From Calothrix sp. PCC 7103 (lineage in GTDB: Bacteria > Cyanobacteriota > Cyanobacteriia > Cyanobacteriales > Nostocaceae), in the NCBI GenBank assembly GCA_000331305.1, contig KB217478.1, positions 64,544 to 112,543 of the forward strand: a stretch of 48,000 bases of DNA, read 5' to 3'. The position numbers and the translations under genes were made by a program. The notes beneath the pieces are model-generated. The model saw nothing but the letters and a program-made list of their open reading frames with translations, ran no database searches and had not been told where the DNA came from. Position 1 is the stretch's first letter. Each line of letters starts with the position of its first letter. Shown here one piece after another: positions 1 to 8,700 of the stretch.

Positions 1-234
1 ATTTGTAATTGCATTCACCGAATCGAAAAATACTAATTCCAATCTTTCACGAGAATAGTTACCTTCGGTATACAATGCTAACGGTAAATAATAAGCAGTA
101 AGAGCATTGATTATCAGTGCTGTTTTGTCATGAGACCGATGCAAAGTTTTATTTTGGATGTAACTAAGTAACTTTGCGTTGTCTGAATCTAATCTTGGCT
201 GATGGCGCCATTTAAAATCTGTTATTGTACCCAT
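1..234 (-). CDS. partial CDS (first 78 codons, runs off the window start); hypothetical protein placed like a ParR-type adaptor downstream of the ParM-like gene
   Basis: My own minus-strand translation from ATG at 234-232 gives MGTITDFKWRHQPRLDSDNAKLLSYIQNKTLHRSHDKTALIINALTAYYLPLALYTEGNYSRERLELVFFDSVNAITN, with no stop before position 1. It is absent from the ORF track because it has no stop in the window. The function is positional inference only. Confidence 0.4.
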   Translation of the reverse strand, partial: MGTITDFKWRHQPRLDSDNAKLLSYIQNKTLHRSHDKTALIINALTAYYLPLALYTEGNYSRERLELVFFDSVNAITN

Positions 235-240
235 AATTTC

Positions 241-412
241 AGGAGTGGGAGAGTGGAGGAGTGGGAGACAAGGGGAGTGGGAGAGTGGGGGACAAGGAGA
301 GCGAAGATAAAAGAATGGAAAATGATGTTTCGTCTTAATAACTTTTCTCCCACTCTCCCACTCTCCCACTCTCCCACTCCTCCACTCTCCCACTCCCCTT
401 GTCTCCCACTCC
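241..412. repeat. GGGRGAGT-octamer inverted-repeat element A (G-rich arm 241-300, C-rich arm 347-412)
   Basis: ggagtgggagagtggaggagtgggagacaaggggagtgggagagtggggg is followed about 45 bp later by its C-rich complement, ctcccactctcccactctcccactcctccactctcccactcccc. The same unit family recurs at 5507-5654 and 21566-21745. Confidence 0.8.
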
Positions 413-1522
413 TTTACTGATTGCTTTAACTTTAATACGGTGGTAAACAGATAGTGCCCAAACATCAGCAAGACGATTACCTAACCATTTTTCATTGAGA
501 CTTTGCGGAATTTCAACACCGCCATGCCACTCAATAGGTGTTACAGGAAACATGTCATCAAGTTCTGTACGTAGATAATCAGCCGTACCTCCACAAATAA
601 TTAACTCGTCTAATTCGTTAGGATGTGGCAATACTTCTTTTAACCAGTTCGCTAGCGTAATTACATACTCTGCTCTCGAAGTACTTACAGCGGATATTAT
701 TTTCTCGATATCAGAATCTTGATGACTGGTTGAGGTGCAAATACTGTAGAAGTGTTGGGGTTTTAGCTCAAAAGCAGCATTGACTATCGCTTGAGTTAAT
801 TGCTCAACTTCTAATCCTGATGTGCGCTCCATAACCTTTTCAACCATTTTCGTCATACCTAAATTAGTAGTTTTACCCCGGTTCAAAATACCGCGTCGAG
901 AAATTATTACCGATGCGTTACGGTATCCCAACATCACGATTGCGATAACCTTACGTCGAATTGCCTCGCCTGTGTTCTTGCAGTACATCGCATAAATCCC
1001 GGCGCCTTCTGGAAAACATTCATAGCCAATCAATCTCGCGTTTAAAATTCCTGTTGGTGTATCAAACTCAATCAAAGCATCCTTGAGCATTGGTTTGAGT
1101 AAAGCTGAATCTTCAAATTCTCCTGGTGGTAGTAGCAGCGCCAGAGATATTTGAAAAGATTCAGGTAATTTATACTTCTGCTTTATCACCCATACCGCAG
1201 CCAGCGTTTTGTATACAGCTAACTCAAATTTTCGTGGTCTTAATCCAGGTGTGGCGCCGTAACTACTACGTGCCAAGTAACCAACTGCTCGATAATCTTC
1301 ACCTATCCCCACCCAAGCTGTATTTTCTGGATAAGCATTACCCAAGTTCCGAGTTTGAAATCCAAGCGATGTTTTCGTTGCTTCAATAACGGCAGGTTCC
1401 ATCCATATTGAGTAAGGTCTACCTCCTTTAATTTGTACAATTCCCTTTGTTCCACTCCCACCAAAGTCCAGCGTTAATATAACGTCTGGTAACTGCTCTA
1501 GGTTTAATCTGCTCATAAGCAC
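335..1522 (-). CDS. actin-like ATPase, ParM/StbA-like plasmid segregation protein; C-terminus is translated repeat element
   Basis: Actin-fold phosphate-1 motif LTLDFGGSGTKG, a central GYRNASVI segment and the adenosine motif ICGGTADYL. Size is about 390 aa. The last ~25 aa (GVGDKGSGRVEEWESGRVGEWEKSY) are encoded by repeat element A. The start is probably the ATG at 1516. Confidence 0.55.
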   Translation of the reverse strand: MLMSRLNLEQLPDVILTLDFGGSGTKGIVQIKGGRPYSIWMEPAVIEATKTSLGFQTRNLGNAYPENTAWVGIGEDYRAVGYLARSSYGATPGLRPRKFELAVYKTLAAVWVIKQKYKLPESFQISLALLLPPGEFEDSALLKPMLKDALIEFDTPTGILNARLIGYECFPEGAGIYAMYCKNTGEAIRRKVIAIVMLGYRNASVIISRRGILNRGKTTNLGMTKMVEKVMERTSGLEVEQLTQAIVNAAFELKPQHFYSICTSTSHQDSDIEKIISAVSTSRAEYVITLANWLKEVLPHPNELDELIICGGTADYLRTELDDMFPVTPIEWHGGVEIPQSLNEKWLGNRLADVWALSVYHRIKVKAISKGVGDKGSGRVEEWESGRVGEWEKSY

Positions 1523-1626
1523 TCACAACAGTTGATGGCATTTGTCTCACATTAGCAGCATCAAATGAAAAAGTGAATGCGACTGGAGTCTAGATTTTTT
1601 ATATGACCCTAGTTGTACAACTATTT

Positions 1627-1699
1627 AGCAGGAAATTGCCAGGAATATTAAGTCCACCATCAAGTTAGTAGTACACACAATTCCTGGCAAATTCCTGCT
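1627..1699. promoter_or_regulatory. 20-bp inverted repeat upstream of the ParM-like gene (candidate operator or centromere-like site)
   Basis: agcaggaaattgccaggaat (1627-1646) and attcctggcaaattcctgct (1680-1699) are reverse complements with 1 mismatch, separated by a 33-nt spacer. The repeat lies about 105-175 nt upstream of the start codon at 1522. Confidence 0.4.
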
Positions 1700-2053
1700 G
1701 TTCATTTTCCTAAAGGTATGGCTTAAAACCGACCTAGTAGCGCTATCTTTTGAAGGAGCAAGCAGTGGTGATATCCGTATTTATTTATCCAGATAAAAAT
1801 AACTTCTTTTGACGAATGTTCTAGGCTACTTTACATTCACGCACGTCCATATACGGCACAATCAAAAACTTGATTTAAATTTCAAACCCACAATACTTGA
1901 TAGGCGCCTTTCAATCATAATATGAGTTGAAGTTTTGTGAGACGCGCGCCTGTAACAAACGGACGCGCGCTTGCCGTAGGATATTAACCGCGATAACGAG
2001 AAAAGCTGTTACAATCAAATTATTCAAAATAGAACAAAAAATTTGAGAGCGCT

Positions 2054-2755
2054 ATGACGACTCATATACCCCGTCAGCCCCGCCCAAAAAATCAGGAATT
2101 ACCACCCCTAGAAAGTGGCGACCGCTTAACTCGCTTTGAATTTGAGCGGCGATATGCTGCTGCACCCCACGTTAAAAAAGCAGAGCTAATTGAAGGAATA
2201 GTTTACGTGGCATCTCCATTACGCTTTACTCCACACGCCGAACCGCACAGCCGTTTGGTCACTTGGTTAGGAACTTATGCTGCTTTTACACCAAGAACTT
2301 TATCAGGTATAGAACCGACAATTCGCCTTGATATAGATAATGAACCCCAGCCCGATATTGTTTTGATTTTGGATGAAGCAGTAGGAGGAAAAGCTAGGTT
2401 AACAGAAGATGGATATCTCGAAGGAGTACCAGAATTAGTAGTTGAAATTGCTGCTAGCAGTGCCGCAATTGATACAGGCAGCAAGAAGCAAGCTTATCGT
2501 CGCAATCAGGTATTAGAATATATTGTTTGGCAATCATTTGAGAATCAACTAGATTGGTTTCACTTAGTAGAAGGAAAGTATCAAACACTTCCTGTTAATG
2601 AAGATGGAATCATTCGCTCTGTGACGTTTCCTGGTTTATGGCTAGCAGTAGAAGCCTTATTAAACAATGATATGGTGCGGGTATTACAGACGTTGCAACT
2701 GGGATTAAATTCGCCTGAACATAGAGAGTTTGTTGAGAAGCTAGAAAAAAAATAG
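2054..2755 (+). CDS. Uma2 family (DUF820) endonuclease
   Basis: Typical cyanobacterial Uma2 pattern: KAELIEGIVYVASP, PDIVLILDE, GVPELVVEIAASS and a C-terminal SVTFPGLWLAVEALL. About 230 aa. Confidence 0.85.
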   Translation: MTTHIPRQPRPKNQELPPLESGDRLTRFEFERRYAAAPHVKKAELIEGIVYVASPLRFTPHAEPHSRLVTWLGTYAAFTPRTLSGIEPTIRLDIDNEPQPDIVLILDEAVGGKARLTEDGYLEGVPELVVEIAASSAAIDTGSKKQAYRRNQVLEYIVWQSFENQLDWFHLVEGKYQTLPVNEDGIIRSVTFPGLWLAVEALLNNDMVRVLQTLQLGLNSPEHREFVEKLEKK

Positions 2756-3086
2756 AAAGGTTAGTGCCTGGATAAATATTATGTAATATACAAGGTAGTA
2801 CAAATTTTCACAGGAGTTTTTGACTTGGGCAACGAAAATCTAATTCCTGAAAACGCGATTGAAGTGGTGCAATACTCGAAAACCGGAGAAAAAGAATCAG
2901 CTTTTTTGTAATATTTTTTAAAAAAAATTAATAATAATTTATATCTATATTTAATAATTTAGCATAACAACTACTGAAGAACCTTAATTTATAATGATAT
3001 AAAGTCTACATAGACTAAATCAAAGAATAAAAATTTATATGTCATTGACTTAGTAAAGCTTGTCAAATATTGCATTAATATTAAAA

Positions 3087-3512
3087 ATGTCAGCAAAACA
3101 AAAACAACAAACGGTTAGATTTGAGATGCTGCTTACTAAAGAGCAGAATGACTCTTTGGTACAACAAGCGGATTCTCTGGGTATCAGTAAAGCGGAGTTA
3201 ATTAGGCGCCGAATAGCAAAATCCCGCATCAAGAGTATTCCACAGGTAAACTGGCAATGCTACTGGCAGTTATTAAAGATTGCCGAAGATATTAAGTGTA
3301 TTGCTCAAACTCAGAATAATGCTCTGGATAATGGTTCAATACCGCAAGCTATTGACCCTATCATGATTGAGGAATTAATGAAACAAATTTCTCAAATACG
3401 ATTACATTTAATTCTCGGCGCCAAGTCTGCCACCGAGGAGTATTCCCGTGGCGAGCTTGGCGCCAACGCCTCAAATATACAACAGGAGGAAAACGATGAT
3501 TGGGAAGGTTAA
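3087..3512 (+). CDS. MobC-like ribbon-helix-helix mobilisation accessory protein
   Basis: N-terminus KQQTVRFEMLLTKEQNDSLVQQADSLGISKAELIRRRI (RHH pattern) lies directly upstream of, and overlaps, the relaxase gene. The ATG at 3087 is preferred over the TTG at 3060. Confidence 0.6.
   Translation: MSAKQKQQTVRFEMLLTKEQNDSLVQQADSLGISKAELIRRRIAKSRIKSIPQVNWQCYWQLLKIAEDIKCIAQTQNNALDNGSIPQAIDPIMIEELMKQISQIRLHLILGAKSATEEYSRGELGANASNIQQEENDDWEG
3417..3464. repeat. 48-bp GGCGCC-bounded palindromic element, copy 1 (in-frame inside the MobC-like CDS)
   Basis: GGCGCCAAGTCTGCCACCGAGGAGTATTCCCGTGGCGAGCTTGGCGCC. It is an imperfect hairpin and is translated as GAKSATEEYSRGELGA. Confidence 0.75.
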
Positions 3513-4518
3513 AAAAGGTAAACATTTCGCTGGGTTAACAAAATATATTTTGGAAAAAGAAGAAGCGGAACTTGTCTGCACTAACCTTGCGGGAGAGACT
3601 CCTATTGATTTTTATAGACAATTGACGGCGACTCAACAACTTAACCCCAGAGTTAAGTCTCCTGTTAGCCATATCAGTATCAGTTTTGCACAGGGGGAAA
3701 AACCACCAACACAACAATTACAAGAAATTGTAAAAGGCGCCCTTACAGGTATGGGATTTGACAAAAACCTATATTTTGCTGCTACTCATGATGACTGTGA
3801 ACACTTTCACATACATATAGGCGCCAGTCGTATCAATATTGATGGTGAGTGTGTATCTGACTGGTACGATAAGCGGCGATTAGAAAAAGTTTTGAGAAAT
3901 TTAGAATCGCAGTTTAATTTGACACCAGTACCATGTTCTTGGGAAGTAGAACACGCGGCGCCGAATTGTGGTCAGAAACGGCGAATGCGACGAGAACAAG
4001 AAGAGTTTAAAAAAGGGTTACGGCGCCAAGCTCGCCACGGGGAGTATCCCCGGTGGCAGACTTGGCGCCAACAAGCAAATTGTAGTGCATTAGAAAAAAT
4101 CCAAAATACAATAGAAGCTGTCATTAAACCAGAGATGACAATGACTCAATTCGTTCATCAACTTGAGTTAGAAGGTGTAAAAACTCAATTCAAAGTTGAG
4201 AATGATGGGGTAATACAAGGTATCTCTTACTCAGTAGGCTCTGTTGCTTTCCAGGCAAGTAAATTAGGTAGAAACACAAAAGCCTGCACAATTAAAGGAC
4301 TTTTAGCACGAGGTGTCAAAGTTAACTTGGAACAAGATGTAGATGCAATTGTGCTTCGTACTAATCACACAGATTTGTCAGATAAGTTGATTGATAAAAT
4401 CAAGCATCATCCTAACAATTTAGATTTAAATACTTCAGCCCCAAATAATCCGACGCAAACAGCATTGACGCTTGAAAGTAATTTACGTCAGCGCCAGCTT
4501 GGGCTAGAACTTAATTGA
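3496..4518 (+). CDS. relaxase / mobilisation nuclease (MobA/VirD2-type histidine-triad relaxase)
   Basis: N-terminal relaxase domain with HISISF and the HxDx..HxH motif ATHDDCEHFHIHIGASRIN. The ATG at 3496 is preceded by AGGAGG 8 nt upstream. The ORF-track start at 3448 is probably too early. Confidence 0.8.
   Translation: MIGKVKKGKHFAGLTKYILEKEEAELVCTNLAGETPIDFYRQLTATQQLNPRVKSPVSHISISFAQGEKPPTQQLQEIVKGALTGMGFDKNLYFAATHDDCEHFHIHIGASRINIDGECVSDWYDKRRLEKVLRNLESQFNLTPVPCSWEVEHAAPNCGQKRRMRREQEEFKKGLRRQARHGEYPRWQTWRQQANCSALEKIQNTIEAVIKPEMTMTQFVHQLELEGVKTQFKVENDGVIQGISYSVGSVAFQASKLGRNTKACTIKGLLARGVKVNLEQDVDAIVLRTNHTDLSDKLIDKIKHHPNNLDLNTSAPNNPTQTALTLESNLRQRQLGLELN
4022..4069. repeat. 48-bp GGCGCC-bounded palindromic element, copy 2 (in-frame inside the relaxase CDS, inverted relative to copy 1)
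   Basis: GGCGCCAAGCTCGCCACGGGGAGTATCCCCGGTGGCAGACTTGGCGCC. It equals the reverse complement of copy 1 over 20 nt on the left and 19 nt on the right, and differs only in the central 9 nt. Confidence 0.75.
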
Positions 4519-4548
4519 TTGAAGTTAACAAGAGTGTTTAGGAAAAAC

Positions 4549-4579
4549 GGGGCGACAACCTGCTATTATTGTCGCCACC
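4549..4579 (-). terminator. hairpin between convergent relaxase and response-regulator genes (likely intrinsic terminator for the minus-strand gene)
   Basis: GGCGACAA (4551-4558) pairs with TTGTCGCC (4569-4576) around a 10-nt loop, and the stem is extendable by flanking G/C pairs. On the minus strand the hairpin is followed by GTTTTTCC. Confidence 0.5.
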
Positions 4580-4589
4580 GTTAGTAGTA

Positions 4590-5486
4590 CTATTCCAATT
4601 GCACTAAACCAATACGTAAAGCGTAAAGCACGGCTTGAATACGGTCATTGGCGCCTAGCTTAATATAAAGGTTGCCAATATGACTTTTGACAGTACCAAG
4701 TGTAATGCTAAGTTCTTCGGCAATTTCTGCATTTTTCTTGCCTGCAACAACAAATTGCAGTACCTGAGTTTCTCTTTGTGTAAGACTATAAGATTTGGCT
4801 GTTTCCTCTACGAATTGAAGGTTTTCTTGTATAGAAGAAGTACTACCTATAACAAAGGGGCGAGTTCGTGCTGTGTCTAATACAATTCGTGCAACTGCCG
4901 GGTCTATCCAGGTTTTACCGCTGTGGGTAATGTGTATAGCTTCCAGCAGATGATTATATTCAATGTCCTTCATGCAATAAGAATCGGCGCCGATTGCAAA
5001 AGCAGACAAAACAGTTTCTGTGTCTTTGTAGTTACCCAAAATTATTGACCTAACGAGATTATCGCTTTGTTGCAGCAATCGTGTTAATTCCATACCATGT
5101 ACACCAACCAAGTCAATGTCTATAAGTGCGACATTAGGTGGTTTCTCCTGTAATAGCTTTAAACCGTCGAGATAAGAAGTTGCCTCACCAACAATTTCTA
5201 TATCTGGACTCTCAGATAGCATTAAGCGAATGCCAGCACGAACAAGTGGATTGCCTTCTATAATTACTACCCAAATTTTACCTGGTAATAATTGAATCTT
5301 TCTTGGTGAAACAGTTGATTTTGAATTTTCTTGCTCATAAATAGTGCTAATTTCGGAAATAGCATTTTTTAATTGAACATCTGAGCCAATCATGCCAACG
5401 ATTCGATTCGCAGTTTGAATGTCCTCTTGCTCTAAGGCTTTCATATACTGCATTAAAATTTCCATGCGTGGTTGCTGTTCTAACAT
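4590..5486 (-). CDS. NarL/LuxR-family response regulator with ~75-aa N-terminal extension
   Basis: REC domain (VVIIEGNPLVRAGIRLML ... VALIDIDLVGVHG ... GADSYCMKD) and C-terminal LuxR HTH (LTQRETQVLQFVVAGKKNAEIAEELSITLGTVKSHIGNLYIKLG). Confidence 0.8.
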   Translation of the reverse strand: MLEQQPRMEILMQYMKALEQEDIQTANRIVGMIGSDVQLKNAISEISTIYEQENSKSTVSPRKIQLLPGKIWVVIIEGNPLVRAGIRLMLSESPDIEIVGEATSYLDGLKLLQEKPPNVALIDIDLVGVHGMELTRLLQQSDNLVRSIILGNYKDTETVLSAFAIGADSYCMKDIEYNHLLEAIHITHSGKTWIDPAVARIVLDTARTRPFVIGSTSSIQENLQFVEETAKSYSLTQRETQVLQFVVAGKKNAEIAEELSITLGTVKSHIGNLYIKLGANDRIQAVLYALRIGLVQLE

Positions 5487-5506
5487 TATGTTGTCCCTAT
5501 TAAGAA

Positions 5507-5654
5507 GAGTGGGAGAAGGGGAGAGTGGGGGAGTGGGAGAGTGGGGGAGTGGGAGAGTGGGGGAATGAGAAAATGAGAAAATGAGAAGTTATGCGGAGTA
5601 TTGAAATCTTTCCCCCACTCTCCCCTTCTCCCTATCCCCCACTCCTTCACTCCC
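5507..5654. repeat. GGGRGAGT-octamer inverted-repeat element B (G-rich arm 5507-5564, AATGAGAA x3 tandem, C-rich arm 5611-5654)
   Basis: gggagagtgggggagtgggagagtgggggagtgggagagtggggg, then aatgagaaaatgagaaaatgagaa, then cccccactctccccttctccctatcccccactcc. It lies between the stop of 5658..6014 and the start of the response regulator. Confidence 0.8.
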
Positions 5655-5657
5655 TAC

Positions 5658-6014
5658 TTATGCATACGGTTTTAAATGGTGCTGACCAATTTCTGTCCAA
5701 AAATTGCCTTGACCTGATTCATTCAGGTGTTTGCAAAAATTGAAAACGCATGAGATAGAAATCATATCTGTGACAACATGATTTGGAAGAACAACTTGAG
5801 TTGTTTCTACTCCCAGACTCTCAATAAATCGTTTACCCTTCGACTTCGGTTTATGCACTACCGCAGTCATCTTACGAGTTGGTACAACAATCTCTCCATT
5901 CATTAACTTGTAGGCAATGACTTTGAAATTGGACTGCCGAATAATGATTCTTTCTTGGATGTACGTAACGTCAGAAGAATCACCACAACTTTGAGGAAAT
6001 TGTCGTTTGGACAT
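5658..6014 (-). CDS. hypothetical protein (118 aa)
   Basis: ORF only; no motif recognised. Confidence 0.3.
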   Translation of the reverse strand: MSKRQFPQSCGDSSDVTYIQERIIIRQSNFKVIAYKLMNGEIVVPTRKMTAVVHKPKSKGKRFIESLGVETTQVVLPNHVVTDMISISCVFNFCKHLNESGQGNFWTEIGQHHLKPYA

Positions 6015-6900
6015 ATGCCATGTTTAAATCTATGTAATTCACCCGAATCGCAAGTCAAGCGTCAAATCAGTAATGCGATAACACGTTCTCCATGTTTAAA
6101 TGAGCGTATACAATAACAAGTTGGTAGTGGTAATGAGTTCGATTACTTACTACCTACTGTTTGCTGTCAAAATTAAGATTTGTGCGGACTTTACAAGTGC
6201 AAGGAGTCTTGTTAGACGGTCATCTAAATTACGGTCATAGTGTGCGTCGGGAGAATAATGATTAACCGTAAAAAGTTTATGGTTATCATTAACTTCACCA
6301 ATATAAGCACAAGTCGTCTACCACCAACTTGATAATTTTGTTATACCGCATTTGAAAAATAATTGACGCCCTTCAAACAAAGTTTTGGCGGCTATTCTAC
6401 GACAAACGTAATACGTAACAGGTTGATATTTATACAAGACTTGCGGGTATACCACACAAAAAGAGAATAAATCCACGCGCTAATGTGAAAATTGCGCTCT
6501 TGTAAGATGAAGTTTCGGTAAATAGAGCAAATTCAGTCGTACTCTGAGTTTTGATAATTTTTATGCAAATATCGCTTTTACCTGATTAAATACAAAACTC
6601 ATACTATAGTCATAGTTATGTATAAGCCAATTTTATACTGGTACTTATTTGACTTAAAAAATACATTTTATGTGAATATACTGATTTTTGTCATTTACCT
6701 AAAATTTTAGAAACTTTACAAAGTTCATCAAATCATATTTATATGCATTATTAAAATTAGTTATTCTATCTATAATTGCTCGGATACTTGCTGTATGGTT
6801 ACTTATAAATACAAAGAAATACTGACAGCAACTAGCTTGATAGTAAATGTATAATTAAAATATTAAAGGTTAACGCGCGTTAATCAAGGCTAAAGTTCTT

Positions 6901-8700
6901 TTACCAAACTTCTTCTTGTTCATGGGTAACTAACTGAATTTCCTCAGTTTGGCTACTAACAGTGGACGGCGCCAAAAGTTGGGAAGCGATGTGTTTTCTC
7001 AAATCAATAGCAGCATCTAACTGATTGATATCAACTTGAGGGGAACGTGCAATTAGTCGTGGACAAAGTTGCTGCTCCCAAAGTTCTTCACTTTTTATGA
7101 TTCGATTGATGTCTGATTGGGGAATAGGAATTGTTAATGGGTAAGGAATAGAACCCTCCCAAGCGGATGAGTAGCCAGGATTGGTAATAACACACTTACC
7201 TTGCGGGAAGCGCATAATCTCATCAGGAGTTATAATAGGCATTGCCTGTAAATTGTCGGTCATTGTTATGGTTTGACCATCTTTAGAATTGCTGATAGAT
7301 TTATTTTTAACAATAATGTCCTTGTTCCCAAAGGACTGAGAAAATTTTTCCGCAGTAGAATAATTGGCAGGGTTATATAAAATTTTGGTACTACAGGCGC
7401 TGGTAATAGCAGCAGCTAAATTTTCTCCATATGCCGAAGCTAGCTGTTCAAGCGACTGAACACCCAATACAAAACAGGCGCCGTTACTTCTATATTCATT
7501 AATCCAATGGGGCAATGCTTTAAGGTACAATGACGGAAGCTCATCAATGAAAATTCCAATTGGGTCAGTACGTGGTGTAGATAAGTTGCTAACGATTGTC
7601 ATATGTAAAGCAGCAGCTAGCAGTGGCCCAACTACGTCGCGTCTAGCATCATCTAATTTAAAAATTAGTATTTGCCGCCCTGATAGTTTGGTAGGTATAG
7701 TACTTTTACCAATAAAACTGGGAAGGAGAGAACGTTGAATGAAACCAGAAAATATTCCCACGGTGGTTGTGTCGATGCTGGCTATAGTTTTTTCGCTATC
7801 TCTAGCTTTGAGATATTGTTGAAACGAAGCTGCAACCCAACGAGAAACTTTTCCTGCTTGTACAGCACTTTGCAGTTTATTAGTAAATTCATCAATCGAC
7901 TGAATACAGTAAACCGTTGCTAAATCTGGACAATCACTGCTTTTAGCTAACTGAATTAAGGCTTTTGCGAGTAAGTCGGCAGCCTTGGAGAAAAACTCAT
8001 CGCCTTTACCACTACCACCAGCGTTTGCATTAATAACTTGTGCAATTTGTGCTGCTGTCACTGCGTCTTCTTGGTTCTCCATGAAATCTAGAGGATTTAT
8101 TACTTCACTATAAGGTTCACCGGGGGCAAATATTCGGACATCATACCCGTACCTAGCTGCAAGCGGCGCCAGTAACTTCATTTGGTCGCCCTTTTTATCG
8201 TAAACAATCAAAGGAAACCCTTGTATCATGCAACTTTCAGCCATACGGTCAATCGTGCCATAAGTTTTTCCTGAACCTGGGGCACCTAATACGAGCGTGG
8301 AACGTTCAGCATGAGGAATCCAAACCGTAGGTGAGGCGCCAAGAAATGTTTGAAAAACGGCGCCTGGTTCTATGAGATTTCCAGAAAACCAGTAACGGGG
8401 AGAACCGCACCAAAAGCAAACTTTATTGTGCTTACGCTCTCGAATTTGTTTTAAGGCTAGATTTGTTGCTGCTACTTTTTCTGTTCGCCCTACAATTCTT
8501 CCGGTAGAAATCTTGCCACTTTTACCATTTCCAAATTGGCTCAACAAAATTAGAAATACTAAACCCCCTAACATCAAGAGCGCTTCAGGATTTGCAAAGG
8601 TTTGAAACAATCCTTGAATATCAAAGCCTGATTTGTAAGAGTTTGCTGGCTGAGTCACTACTTGATACGTAGTTTCATTTGATATAAATTCATGTTTCAT
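6901..8700 (-). CDS. type IV secretion coupling protein (VirD4/TraG/TraD family)
   Basis: N-terminal TM helix (LLMLGGLVFLILL), Walker A LGAPGSGKTYGT, Walker B-like IGIFIDELPSL. About 600 aa. It is the last gene of a leftward operon with overlapping stop/start codons. Confidence 0.8.
   Translation of the reverse strand: MKHEFISNETTYQVVTQPANSYKSGFDIQGLFQTFANPEALLMLGGLVFLILLSQFGNGKSGKISTGRIVGRTEKVAATNLALKQIRERKHNKVCFWCGSPRYWFSGNLIEPGAVFQTFLGASPTVWIPHAERSTLVLGAPGSGKTYGTIDRMAESCMIQGFPLIVYDKKGDQMKLLAPLAARYGYDVRIFAPGEPYSEVINPLDFMENQEDAVTAAQIAQVINANAGGSGKGDEFFSKAADLLAKALIQLAKSSDCPDLATVYCIQSIDEFTNKLQSAVQAGKVSRWVAASFQQYLKARDSEKTIASIDTTTVGIFSGFIQRSLLPSFIGKSTIPTKLSGRQILIFKLDDARRDVVGPLLAAALHMTIVSNLSTPRTDPIGIFIDELPSLYLKALPHWINEYRSNGACFVLGVQSLEQLASAYGENLAAAITSACSTKILYNPANYSTAEKFSQSFGNKDIIVKNKSISNSKDGQTITMTDNLQAMPIITPDEIMRFPQGKCVITNPGYSSAWEGSIPYPLTIPIPQSDINRIIKSEELWEQQLCPRLIARSPQVDINQLDAAIDLRKHIASQLLAPSTVSSQTEEIQLVTHEQEEVW

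Noticed and set aside
202-420. Plus-strand 72-aa ORF (also 21585..21791, 68 aa) with PTLPLSHSPTPPLSHSP-type sequence
   Set aside because: Both are simply translations of the GGGRGAGT/ACTCYCCC repeat arms. They are low-complexity, have no start context, and overlap better-supported minus-strand genes.
3060-3495. ORF-track starts at 3060 (TTG) for the MobC-like gene and 3448 for the relaxase, implying a 65-nt overlap
   Set aside because: The ATG at 3087 and the ATG at 3496 (with AGGAGG 8 nt upstream) give conventional starts and only a 17-nt overlap. The longer versions are likely track artefacts of alternative start codons.
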